DNA from: Podarcis erhardii
Lineage: Eukaryota
Strand: one strand, 5' to 3'
Length of the DNA: 64,000 nt
NCBI GenBank assembly: GCA_964252035.1
Contig: OZ176202.1
Numbering within the stretch: position 1 is the stretch's first letter; each line of letters begins with the position of its first letter. Below the pieces are notes generated by a model. It did no database searches, was not told the origin of the DNA, and saw only the letters and a program-made list of their open reading frames with translations. Shown one piece after another: positions 47,746-59,860 of the stretch. The translations under genes were made by a program, and so were the position numbers.

Positions 47746-49045
47746 CTATTAATCAACATGTTTGCGAAAGTTCACTTCATGAAATTATTATCTGAATGGT
47801 TCAGCCATTTCCCAAATTTACTATTGGATAATAATGATAAGCTGAACTATGAGCTGGTATAGTGAGGTGTTCTGTCTGCTCAAATTGCACCTTTGCTGTC
47901 ATGACCTGGCCTTAGACAAACTGCTGTTCTGTCGACCTCAGTCCCCTGGGTCTGAGGGCTCTAATAGATGGAAGGATTCCTGCTTCTCCAGTCTTTCCCA
48001 ACCCAGCAGAGCAGCTTAGCAATAGGTACAGGGCACTGCAGGGAAGGAGTAATTGGTGACTATCATCTCCTACACTATTCAAACAGAAGCCAATTTCTGC
48101 ATTCTTATGTGAAGGATAGGTATGACGTGGTCTTGTTTTAACAGGTACTAAAACTGTCTTGTTAAAGTAAAAGCAAGGCAAAGCTGGGGCACTGGTAACA
48201 ACTTTTATGCTGTAGAGAAAATATGTTCATATGGCAATTTATGAGAAGTTTGCAGAATAGTAAAGAGAAACAATGATAAACAAGTCTTCCATCAATATCT
48301 GGCAGCAGAGAATGCTGGAATACATTTGAGAAAACACCCTGCTATTCAGGAATGGAGGGAGAGAGCGAGGCTTGTGATTAGTTTTGTTTGTTTGTTTGTT
48401 TTTTGTATGTACCGTACTTCATAAATGCAAAATATGTTCCTGCTATATTAGCTTCGGTAATAACCAATTTACTTTCCATATCATCTGTGTTCTGCATTTT
48501 CATCTGAATGTGATTACTTAGAGGAGTTTTTGTGTGTTTTCCCTTTAGTCATTCTGAATAATAGGAAGCAATTTCATTCTGTGCCCACCCCCTTGAAAAG
48601 TAAGAGGAGGCAGGTAATAGAAAAAAACAAAAAGAGATAATTGCGTAATTAATTAATGTTCTGGGTGACTTCCTTATTGAGAGACAGTCCGGCTTGTCAT
48701 GTTTTGTTTTTTAACATTTATTTTAGGTTTTAATAGCTCATCCTCCTACAGTTCATTTTACTTAAAATTGCCATAAAATCTCACTGAAATAACAGTTAGC
48801 TTATAGTTGAAGGTTGGAAAGAACCTGTATTTCTAGAAGTTGCATTAGAAACCCAAAGGCTCTACTATATAGTTGGCTGAACCATTCTCAAGACACATGT
48901 AAAAGTTGATTCAAAAATTAATAGAAAAATAGTGGAGACTAGGGAAAATGTTTCAGCAGATCACTTAACAATTTTGTAGTGGACTTCATTGGGAAGTGTA
49001 TCTATGATGGTAGAGCCAAACCAGAAATGACTGTTTCCCCAGTAT

Positions 49046-49188
49046 AGGGATGGGAAATCCTATGGCCATTCAAATGTTGTTGGATTCCAACTCCCTTCAC
49101 TCCCAGCTAGCATAGCTCAATGGCCAGGGGGGATGGGAGTTGTAGTCCAAACCATCAGATTCTAGAGGGCACCAGGTTAGGGAGGGCT
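49046..49188. mobile_element. Short hAT-like MITE (gggagttgtagtcc family)
   Basis: Internal inverted pair ttggattccaactccc / gggagttgtagtccaa; degenerate termini. Confidence 0.55.
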
Positions 49189-49200
49189 ACTCAGAAGTCA

Positions 49201-49227
49201 GCTGCCTGCCTGCCTGCCTGCCTGCCT
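49201..49227. repeat. (GCCT)n microsatellite
   Basis: Read directly from the sequence. Confidence 0.9.
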
Positions 49228-50989
49228 CTCTTGTTGTTTCCCACAGAGAAAGTGGTGTTGGATGGCCTTTTGGGTAAGGAAAGGGAAGTCCAGCAAAAGC
49301 AGTTGCCCAGCTCACTCTCCACTATAACACACACACACACACTTTAAATGTGTGCAAGATAAAATAGCACTCCAGTTTGCGTAGTCTGTACCTGAAGCAA
49401 TTTGAAATGTCTTTATGTTGTAAAAAGATGTGATAGAAAATGCATTAATACAGAAGGATGAATATTCAGTGGGGGGGGGGGTGTATTAACCAGTGACACA
49501 AAACTGCTTTTATCTGCAGTTACTGTTGATTTATGTAAGGACTGTATTTTCCTTATTAAGAAGTAGGCATGAGGATTAAGCAGACGTTCAACTCCATTTG
49601 ATGACTAGTTGCTACTTTAAGTGTTGGCAGTGAGATTACTCTCCCTTGATTAAATGACCAAGGAATGTTTGCTAGTAGCTCTCTTCAGAAAGTCTTGGTG
49701 GGTGGCAAGCAAATTGGGTATTCAGACATAAAAGTTTCAGTGGTGGGTGGCTCAGGCGATGCTTTTCAGGAGAAGAGGTGGGACTTTGGGCAGGTAGCCA
49801 AACAGATAAATAAAGTAATATTGTAGTCTTGTTTCATACATTTTTTGTTTTTGTTTTCTTAAAAAACCTAGATGGAAAGAATTCTGTACCCCAAGTTGAC
49901 TTGTCACAGTTCATCAACATGCGTACATTGTACGTACATATAGGAATTTTGGTAAAGGCTTCGTTATGACGGATTATGATCTATATGCTTTATGCTCATT
50001 AAAGCTGGGAAGCACTTCTAAGGTTTCAGATTATCCTTTTTGTAGACACATGGATGATTTTTGTGTGTGGCTGAAGTACCAAAGATCAAAGCTTCTCATA
50101 GAAAACATCCTCAGTGGAACATATTCCAAAGCAAATTGTGCCCTGCAGTTTCATGCAAATTCTGTTTGTCTATTTACATACCTGCCAACCGTTTTTGGAG
50201 ATTTTCCTCTTTGATGCTATATACATAATAAATTTTAGTGGAACTCATTAAAACTAGCAATAAAACTAGCAAGATGTGATTCCAAGTAGGGTGTTTAGTA
50301 CTGGATTCTATTTCATTCTACTTAGCTCATTATGAAACCATTAAAAGTTTAATATTTTCAGTTATTTAAATGGTTCTTAAATTATGCTAAATGCAGAAAC
50401 AAAGGAGCCTTATCCTGTGAATCATTTTACTTATGCTTCTCCTGTTAAAACTAACTTATATTATAATTTGTTTTTTAATGGCAGAAATTTGCTTAGTATC
50501 TTTGATACAGTAATAAATCATTATGTTGTGATATTAAATGATATGATGTTCTATATGTAAAGTAAGGTTGGCAAGTAGTACACAAGGCAGTTTGGTAGCC
50601 TCCAGTGGATTCTTACCTTGCGCCATTGCTGGCTACTAAATACTACTTTTCCTTCAAAGACTTTCTAATTACATCTTCACTGCTTCTTTTGCTATAAAAC
50701 ATCTATGTGATTATGATGGTTATTGCATTTTTAGGTTTTATTCTTTTTTTAATATTGAGCAAATAGTGGAAGAGCAACTAATATACTTTTGCAAATAAGT
50801 TACTTATTTTTAATCTTGTGACTGTAAGACTAGAATGTGTTTTTAAAAAAACAAAAACCACAACCTGTGAATTTATGGTTCATCCGTTGTGTTACAATCC
50901 CAGCACTAGAGCAAACAGATGAGGCATGCCTTTATGATCAGTCCCAGAAAGTGCATTCAGCTTCTAATGTATCAGAGGGAAACAAATTA

Positions 50990-51932
50990 TTCAAAGGATT
51001 TAGGGATCTCAGTAGATCACAAACTTAACATGAATCAACATTGTGATACAGCAACAGGAAAAAAAAGCTGTACAGTGGTGCCTCGCAAGACGAAATTAAT
51101 CCGTTCCGTGAGGCTCTTCGAAGCAAGCCCATCGACAGCTTAGCGGATTAGCGCTATTAGCGGTTTAGCGGCTTTTAGTGGATCAGCTGATAAGCGGCTT
51201 AGGGCTTAGGAAAAGGGGGGGGAGGGGAAAAACCCCGCAGGAACTCGCAAGACATTTTCGTCTTGTGAAGCAAGCCCATAGGGAAATTCGTTTTGCGAAG
51301 CGCCTCCAAAACGGAAAACCCTTTCGTCTAGCGGGTTTTCCATCTTGCGAGGCGTTCGTCTTGCGGGGCACCACTGTATTTCTGTTGATTCTAGGCCACA
51401 TCAACAGAAATATAGTATCCCAGTTAAAGGGAAGTAATAGTACCATTCTATTCTTGCCTTAGTCAGACCACACTATGTCCAGTTCTGGGCAGCACAATTT
51501 AAGGACAATGACAATCTGGAACATGTATGTGCAGAGGACCAAGATGAACAAGGGTCTGGAAACCAAGCCTTTTGAGGAACGGTTGAGGGAGTTGTGTACA
51601 TTTAGTCTGGAAAACAGGAGACAGAGGAGATATATTCAGATATCCCATGGTGGCTGTCCCATGGTGGAACAGCTTGTTTTCTCCTGCTCTGGAGGGTAGG
51701 ACCCAAACAAATGGATTCAAGTTACGAGAAATGAGATTCTGACTAAACATCAGGAAGAACTGACTGTGGAACAGACTCCCATGAGAGATGGTGGACTCTA
51801 CTTCTTTGAGGTTTTAAAGCATAGGTTGGATGGCCATCTGTCATAGATACTTTAGTGATATTCCTGCATTGCAGGGGGTTGGACTAGATGACCCTCGGGG
51901 TGCCCTCTAACTCTACAGTTCTATGACTCTGT
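50990..51932 (+). mobile_element. CR1 LINE 3' part, interrupted by a family B MITE
   Basis: KDLGISVDHKLNMNQHCD before the MITE; KGLETKPFEERLRELCTFSLENRR and the CR1 3' UTR/tail after it. Confidence 0.9.
51073..51376. mobile_element. Family B MITE (304 bp)
   Basis: TA-CAGTGGTGCC...GGCACCACTG-TA; inverted relative to the copy at 16601. Confidence 0.95.
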
Positions 51933-52093
51933 GCTAGGATACTGTTATGCCGGAAGCCTTATTACAAACAAATTCCTGTGGCTGAGTTGTTTAGAAGATA
52001 ATTCTTGGTAGTAAATCTGTATGCAATTCTTAATGTGATCTACTAAGAGACTGTAGTTTTATAGTTTAAGTTCCAGGAAGATTGAATGGTGTA

Positions 52094-52282
52094 CAGTGGT
52101 ACCTCCAGTTGCAGACGGGATCGGTTCTGGAGCTCTGGTCAGATCCTGAGGTTTCCGCAACTGGAGGGACTGCTTCTGCTCATGCATGCGCGGCAACAGA
52201 CCGCTTCTGAGCATGCACGCACGGCGGAACACTTCCGGGTTTGCCGCTTTCACAACCTGAAGTTTAAGCCGAGGTGCTACTG
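52094..52282. mobile_element. pogo/Tigger-type MITE, family C
   Basis: TA-CAGTGGTACCTC...GAGGTGCTACTG-TA; internal sequence unrelated to families A and B. Confidence 0.75.
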
Positions 52283-52614
52283 TACTGTTTGAATCACAAC
52301 AAAATTAATAATATATAAAAAGGGAAATTTATGCCACTGAAAATAGCCACTGAATAGCACTGAAAAGTGTTTGTGAAGCTAATGAGAAAAGAAGGCATCA
52401 TCTGGGAGAAATTTGGGAGTAGTAGGGGTAAAAGAGAAGCAAAGTTGTAGAAATAGGGTAAGAGGTCAGAAATGTGTTAACAGTATTTTCCCAGTAGAAA
52501 GAAAAGTACCAATTTTTGTTGTGCAAGGAAGACTCTTGAAAACAGAAATACATTACTTTACAGAAGTATACCAGTTCTGTACGAGTCATGGCAGAGAACT
52601 ACTGGTTTGGATGT

Positions 52615-52740
52615 GACTGAGGACATTCTCTGTGGCTGTGCCCAGGCACTGGAAGTCCCCACCTGGAGAGGTCCTCTTGGCCTTCTGCCAGCTTGTTAAG
52701 AGGTTTCATTTTTGGCAAGCATTCGGCCTTCCAGGCTGAC
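52615..52740 (+). mobile_element. Old L2 3' fragment
   Basis: ggacattctctgtggctgtgcccaggcactggaagtcc resembles the RAFSVxAPxLWNxLP region. Confidence 0.5.
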
Positions 52741-53421
52741 ATTTATTGAATAGATGCCTTGTTTTCTAGATTGTGTTATCTGCTTTCAACAGTCTCTTGT
52801 TCAGTTCTATTTTATATGTGTCTTACAGACCCAGGGTCTCAGACCCTACAGACCCCACAGTGTTTAGGCAGCTGTCCTTGTTTCTGACAAGCACATACTA
52901 CCTTTCCTCCCATCTTCTCCTCAGAATAGGGAAGCCCTGCTTGTGGGGGTGGGGAGAAAGCCACGCAACACTCCACTTTATTTATAGTACTCTGCCTTCC
53001 TCAGGGGTTTCCTCTTCTCACCCGCTTCCTGGGATTCTTCTGAGACTTATAACCAACATCAACCCACCATGACAGCTTATAGCCCCTACCAGCCTTACCC
53101 TTATTCAGGTGCAGTCGATCCTGTCTGATTGCTGATTGGACTACTCATGAGGAGGCAGACAGTTTAACTGCTTCTTCCCCTCATGTGTATTTTGTGGTTT
53201 TTAATATGCTATAAACCATTCTGAATGGGGGAGGATATAAATAAATAAAAGGTTTTCTCCTACCCTCCACTGCATGTACTGAAAACATGTGCACTCTCTC
53301 TCTTATACATACATACATACTCACTCACTCTCACTTTCCCAGGGAAGGAAGACTGTTGGTTCCTTTCTCTACAGTTTCACATTTCCCTTTTATTTATGCC
53401 TTTGCAGCTGCATAAGTAGTA

Positions 53422-53628
53422 CAGTGGTACCTTGGGTTACATACGCTTCAGGTTACAGACTCCACTAACCCAGAAATAGTGCTTCAGGATGAGAACAGAA
53501 ATCATGCTCCGGCGGCGCGGCGGCAGCAGGAGGCTCCATTAGCTAAAGTGGTGCTTCAGGTTAAGAACAGTTTCAGGTTAAGTACGGACCTCCGGAACCA
53601 ATTAAGTACTTAACCCGAGTTACCACTG
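53422..53628. mobile_element. Family A MITE
   Basis: TA-CAGTGGTACC...TACCACTG-TA. Confidence 0.95.
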
Positions 53629-53785
53629 TATTCCAAATCAGTTTGAATGCCACTGCAGTTATTGTTTTGCAAGTGGTGGAAGTGAAGTTGGCGGGGAAGG
53701 GAACTAACACTCTGTAACCTCAGAGTTTTGGTTAAAACATCAGCCACTGTCTCAGCAGCCCATTTAAGTTCTCATGGGTTTAGGC

Positions 53786-54172
53786 CAGGTCAGTCCAAAT
53801 TTTATGCCAAGTGGGCCACAAGAGTACTTTGATATGGAATCTGCGGGCCGCACACTGCTTTTGTGGCAGAGCCCAAAATTTGACACCCATTCCAGCCCTC
53901 GTGCCGTCTTCTCAAAGCTGGCTGGCGAAGCTGCCAGACTTTGGGAAGGAGGCACGAAGCTCTGGCAGGGAAAGCACCAACTAGGTTTTGGGAAGGAGGC
54001 GGAAGGACTCTAGGACCCTGTTGGATCCCTCACTCCTCCTTCCCAAAGCCCAGCACACCTCCTTACCTGGCTTTGGGAGGGCGCCAGGTGTGTGTTTCAG
54101 ATGTTGCTGAGGGCCACCTAAAAGGCTTTGAAGGCTGCATGTGGACCTTGGGTCACATGTTGGACCGGCCTG
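53786..54172. mobile_element. hAT (Charlie-like) MITE, 387 bp
   Basis: TIRs CAGGTCAGTCCAA / TTGGACCGGCCTG; perfect 8-bp TSD GTTTAGGC (53778-85, 54173-80). Confidence 0.9.
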
Positions 54173-56003
54173 GTTTAGGCTAAGAGGTAGCCCTCTTCTT
54201 GTGCCTGTGGAGAGCTAGTAGCAACCAAAGCAGATAATCTGGCCCCAGACTTATTGTCCTGAGTGATGCTGCCTTGCAGAAGTTAAAGAATGGGCAGCTG
54301 TAATGGACAGGTACAACTGGCCCAGACCTTGCCCCAGCATGCTTGTTCCTAGTTCACCTTCTTCAGCCACCTGCCACATCTTCTATTTGCTACAGACTCC
54401 TTGACTGATCCTAGTATATGAAACAACCATGTTTGTAGTGACTGAAGTGGTCCATACACTGGCTTGCTCATTGGCAGTTCAGTTGGGAAAGAGCTGTTTA
54501 GTGAATCCACTTTAAGAGCTGTTTAATATTTAATGTTTTCAGTTGCATATATTAATACTCAATTTTTGGGAAACATGGACAAACTTAGAAGTATTGAGTA
54601 ATGTGTGACATGATGCCAGTGTGGTACTGCACATTCTAAGATACCCAGTATGTGCTTAGTAAATTCATGCAGAATACATTCGATTGGGCCATAATATGCA
54701 GACAACAGAGTGCTTTATAAGTGGGCAAAACGGATCTGGAAGGTACAAGCTGAATAAGATTGCACAAGGTCAGACTGCTGGTTGTTTAATTTAAAACATA
54801 CCATAGTTTCCACTGAATTCTAGGAAGAAAGGATTTCCTGGATTACAGAAGACCCAAGGGTTTGGGGAAGCACTTCTGTTGGCCAAAGGTAGCCTGTGGA
54901 CCTTATGGACTACCTCTATTTGGGGCTGCTTTTGTTGCTCTAGTTGACCTACGTTATTTCAGTAACTGGAATATAATCTAATTATAAGGCATACATGCAA
55001 CTGTTGAATGACAGGTGCTTATCTCTCCCTGCACCAACATCGATTGCATTAAAAAAATTTTTTTGGGAACTTAGGCAGTTGTTGAAAGTTCTCATTATGG
55101 TAGATTATTTTCGTAGTCTGCATTTCTACTACTACTGTTACTACCAGAATATTCTATATCAGCAGTTTCAGCAACTAAATTCCATAGATTAGAACAACAG
55201 CTACTACTTTTCTTTTGAAAATCCAAATAAATTCAGAAGAGTCTAATTTTAGCTGAAGACCACTGATGTTTTTGTCAATATGAGTCCAACAATTATGTGG
55301 AGTGGCAAGGAGATTATGAGAGTGGTTCTCTTCTTTCTTTAGATAATCCTTGTATAAATAATGGTCATCCAAAAAAAGTATGCCTGTGCCAAACAGGAAA
55401 TTAAAAATATAAAATCCTGACTTTAGCAAGGAATGCCTTTTGTGTTTCAAGTACGGGGATTTCTTAAAAATATTTGTTTGGTTTTTTTCCATGTTTGCTC
55501 ATGGTCTGCCTTCTTTGTTTTACTCTGGTATTACTCAGACAGACTTAAGGTGCTTTGCTGGGAAAGAGGAACTTTGTCCATATCAAAATCCCAAAAGTAT
55601 TTACATGGTTGTGCCTAAATAAGTAGTGTGTGGGTCATACAGACCTCTTAATCTCCCATCACTATTTCTTCCCCTGTTGTTCCCACTCTAGTGGGTATGT
55701 GCAAAGAGGAGCAACCAAGGAAACAAGGCAGGTAGGAATGAACAGGTGTATATGGAGCAGGTGATGCTATTGGTATAGCAGATTCACAGAATCTGTTCCT
55801 TATTTAGCAAGATGTTGAAAGAGAAGTGAGATGAAGCTCCTTGTATCACTTCATGTTTCAATCTTTATTTTAGCATTAAGATTTTTATTCAAGTTTTTTC
55901 ATGATGCAATAACATATAGCAAACTAATGTAAATAAAAAACCAAAAGCTACAGAAAGAGTCCTTTCTTAAAGGTAGATCTTAACTCTTACCACCCACGGA
56001 AAG

Positions 56004-56113
56004 TAGGGTTGCCATATTTTGAATAGCAAAAAAGAGGACACATTTGCCAACTTCTACTTTTAACTATGAAAAAGAAGACATGTCCTGGAAAAAGATGACA
56101 TATGGCAACCCCA
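56004..56113. mobile_element. hAT MITE (TAGGGTTGCCA termini), 110 bp
   Basis: tagggttgccatat...atatggcaacccca; no TSD seen. Confidence 0.7.
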
Positions 56114-56420
56114 GCTCTCACCTAGGATCTTTTCTCCTCTTTGCCTCTCATTCTGGGAGACCAACATTTCCTGTTTCAATCTCTTCATTTGCTTTAGGGT
56201 TAGTCCACACTTACGAGAGGTTTTCTGCTTGTCCCCTGCTGTCTGAGCAGTTTTTCATTTATTCCACCTCTTTCCACAGGAAAACCCACTGTTTACTGCT
56301 GAATTGGAACAAATATCAGTCTGCAGAAAAACTGAATTGCATTTATTCTGATTCAGTGGTAAATGGTGGGTTTTCTTGGGGGAAAGTGGCGGGACAAGTA
56401 AAAGTATGGATGAGCACTTA

Positions 56421-56769
56421 AAGGTAAAGGGACCCCTGACCATTAGGTCCAGTCGTGACCGACTCTGGGGTTGCGGCGCTCATCTCGCTTTATTGGCCGA
56501 GGGAGCCGGCGTACAACTTCCGGGTCATGTGGCCAACATGACTAAGCCGCTTCTGGCGAACCAGAGCAGCGCACGGAAACGCCGTTTACCTTCCCGCTGG
56601 AGTTGTACCTATTTATCTACTTGCACTTTGACATGCTTTCAAACTGCTAGGTAGGCAGGAGCAGGGACCGAGCAACGGGAGCTCACCCCGTCGCGGGGAT
56701 TCGAAGCGCCGACCTTCTGATCAGCAAGTCCTAGGCTCTGTGGTTTAACCCACAGCGCCACCCGTGTCT
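56421..56769 (-). mobile_element. Sauria SINE (Squam1), full length
   Basis: Head GACACGGGTGGCGCTGTGG, ACCTTT tail, perfect 14-bp TSD TGGATGAGCACTTA (56407-20, 56770-83). Confidence 0.97.
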
Positions 56770-58201
56770 TGGATGAGCACTTAGGTTGTAGTTAATTTCT
56801 GTGTATAGACAGCTCAGAAGTTAGAGTTGTTATTGTAGGCCACTGAGCCTTCTAAGCAAGTTAGCTAATGTCTTCACTGTAAGTGTGCACGATGGTCACA
56901 AGAAGCTTCGCTTGCGCTTCGCTTGCTATGTGGAGATGGCCTACTTAATACTGATGTTTGCATACTTGAAGAAGTTTCTTACAAAGGGTATGATCAGTGG
57001 CAGAGTTTGAGTACTGTCTCTGTGTTAAAGGTTTACTGAAGGATTCTGGCATAGCAATGACATATTTCTGTGGTTCTTCAAACTAAACAAAAACAGGAAA
57101 GAGAGGCAGAAAGAAATAGAGAGCCTGTCTAAGTAATTATTGTTTGCATTGTGAAATGTTAAGGCTGGCTTGAGCATTTCCAAATCCCCAAAATAAAGCA
57201 AGCAGCTAAACTTGACTGGATCCAAGTGCATCTGTCTGTCTAATCTCTTGATGAAATTTTACTCACCGATCTGTCAGCAACATAAAAGAAACAGGTTCCC
57301 ATATAAGAAACTATCAAATTCTTCCAAGGCTTACACCATACTGCCATTTAAAGGAGAACTTGAATGAAAATGATTTCTAATTTGTTTACAACAATGGCAA
57401 AAGAAAGGCAGGATTTAAATGCAGTGAAATAAATATATTTTTTCAGTAAGATCTTCGGTGTCTGCAGATCAAAGCAAATATCTGTCATCCTACATTAACC
57501 TTAATTACCCTGAAGTACCATTATCAAAACTAATGCAACTGGCAAGGATGTGCAAACAAGCCCTGAATAAAGCAAGGGCTCCCGAAATTATCTACTTCCA
57601 AATTTCCTGTTGGTAATGCAGATAAATCTCTTCATCCTAAGCATAACAAAATCATTCCAGTTTTAAATATTTAGAAATATATCTTCATAATAATACACAT
57701 TATAAAACAAAACAAAAGTGTTCACTAGATTTATCAAGAAATACTTCAGTGAAGTTCTAGTCAGTAGCTGGGTACCTACTGAGAAGTGCTCACTGTGGAT
57801 TTTGGAACGCAGGTGTGCATGTTCCAGGATCTGCAGATAGTTCTATTAATGTTTATCCCAATCCAGATGCCACTATGCAGTCTGCATACCACACACCAAC
57901 TGTGTGGCAATTGTGCATGCATGGTGCATTCAGAGTTGACTGATGCATGGCAATTACGTCATTTTACTCGAAATATTCTGGTCTTTGCAGAAGATTCAGC
58001 CTTGATAGTGTGGATTGTTTTTCAGGACTGCCTGCAACACCCTCTCGCCCCAGGGTGAATTGTAGTCACAGCAGGTAAAAAGCCCTCCAGATGATTCTGT
58101 GAAGCAGCCTATATAAAGATTTTAAGACAGGGATGGCTAACCGTTTTTTGGCTTCAGAACCACATTAAAAGGTTGACTAATGCTCTTAGGGCCCCATGCA
58201 A

Positions 58202-58223
58202 CACACACAGAGAGGGAGAGAGG

Positions 58224-58266
<43 letters not shown>
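58202..58266. repeat. (CA)n / (GA)n microsatellite
   Basis: Read directly from the sequence. Confidence 0.95.
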
Positions 58267-58271
<5 letters not shown>

Positions 58272-59057
58272 ACATAAACCCACATATGTAGGTTACCCCA
58301 CCAGCAGATTTTTCCATATCAACTTGGTGCTTCAATAAATATTCTGTTAGTTTGGGGAATCGAGCATTTTGGCCTGTTCTGGATGGAACACCATTCTCCC
58401 TGAAGTCTGAAGGTTCTTCTGGACCTATTTGTTACTAGAGGCCTAGGTGGCTTCAGTGGCAAGGAACATCTATTTCCAGATACATCTGGTTTGCTAGCCA
58501 AGACCATTCCTGGACAAAGATAACTGGGCTACATTATTCATACGTTAGTACCCTCTCATCCAGATTACTGTAATAAATTCTATTTTGTGTTATCTATAAA
58601 GATGGTCTGGAAACGGCATCTAGTGTAGAATACTGCTGTTATAGTACTGGTTGGCATTTTCCTATGATATCACAAAACATTTGTCCTGCAGGATCTGCAC
58701 TGGCTGTCTATACATTACTGGACCCAATTCAAGGTGATGTTGCCAACATACAAATCTCCAAATGATTTGGGACCTAGTCCCATTTGTGGTGGTGGGAGTG
58801 AATGGTTTGTCTTTTATGAAAATGGATAAATGTTGGGATTTCACCCTCTGTACTCCCTTCTCACATGAAATGGACAGAACAGGTTATGGACTAAGCACCT
58901 GTAGACTTATATTAAACACTATATCATTGAGTCATTTTGGCCCCTGGCATCATAGGTGCATGTTTCTTCAGTTTATTCAATAGTTTCAGAAGGAGTAGAG
59001 GCAAGTCCCAATAAGTAAAATAGATTCATCATATTAATGAGTAGGTGAAACAATATA

Positions 59058-59283
59058 CAGTGGTACCTCGGGCTAAGTACTTAATTCGTTCCGGAGGTCC
59101 GTTCTTAACCTGAAACTGTTCTTAACCTGAAGCACCACTTTAGCTAATGGGGCCTCCTGCTGCCGCTGCACCACCACCGCACGATTTCTGTTCTCATCCT
59201 GAAGCAAAGTTCTTAACCCGAGGTACTATTTTTGGGTTAGTGGAGTCTGTAACCTGAAGCGTATGTAACCCGAGGTAACACTG
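59058..59283. mobile_element. Family A MITE
   Basis: TA-CAGTGGTACCTC...GAGGTAACACTG-TA. Confidence 0.95.
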
Positions 59284-59634
59284 TATGGTCATACCATTTT
59301 ATAGCAGAGGTCCACCTGGAACAAAGATTTGTCGAAGACTGACACAAATAGTTTGATTTCTTCCTACAGTGGTGTTGGTGTGCATTTGATCCCAACTATT
59401 GACAGAGGGTTAAAAAGTTAGGAGACCTTTATCAGATGGTAGTGCTATGTAGACTACTCATTAGGGTGCCTTCTCTTAACTTAAAAGGCAGTTATCTAGG
59501 AGCTGTTTAAGGTGGAGGACAAGAGAGCCACTGTGTGCTTAGCATACGTGGCAAGGGAATGGGGCCAGAGCACAGTTGCACAGGCGAATAAAAGCAGCTT
59601 CTTTAGCAAAGCTCATCATTGGTTCACTACTGAC

Positions 59635-59860
59635 TAGGGCTGCCATACGTCCCGGACATAGCCAGCATATGGCAGTTGGAAACAGTCTCTGGCGGAAATG
59701 TATGGGAAAGTCAAGTACGCATGGCAACCCAAAGTAGCAAATCACTTAAAAACTTCATTTTTGGGGTGAGTTTTGTTGTTGTTTTGTGTGTGGGGGAGCT
59801 CAACAACTTTGGCAAAACATTTGTGTCCGGATTTTCACATTTTGAAATATGGCAACCCTA
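59635..59860. mobile_element. hAT MITE (TAGGG(C/T)TGCCATA termini), 226 bp
   Basis: TIRs tagggctgccata / tatggcaacccta; 8-bp TSD ctactgac / atactgac (7 of 8 match). Confidence 0.85.

Noticed and set aside
55175-55492. 105-aa minus-strand ORF
   Set aside because: AT-rich, no domain recognised, no clear splice context.
57261-57292. Minus-strand pyrimidine tract-CAG|ATCG|GTGAGT (4-nt microexon-like)
   Set aside because: Antisense to UST, with no supporting gene; such motifs occur by chance in 64 kb.
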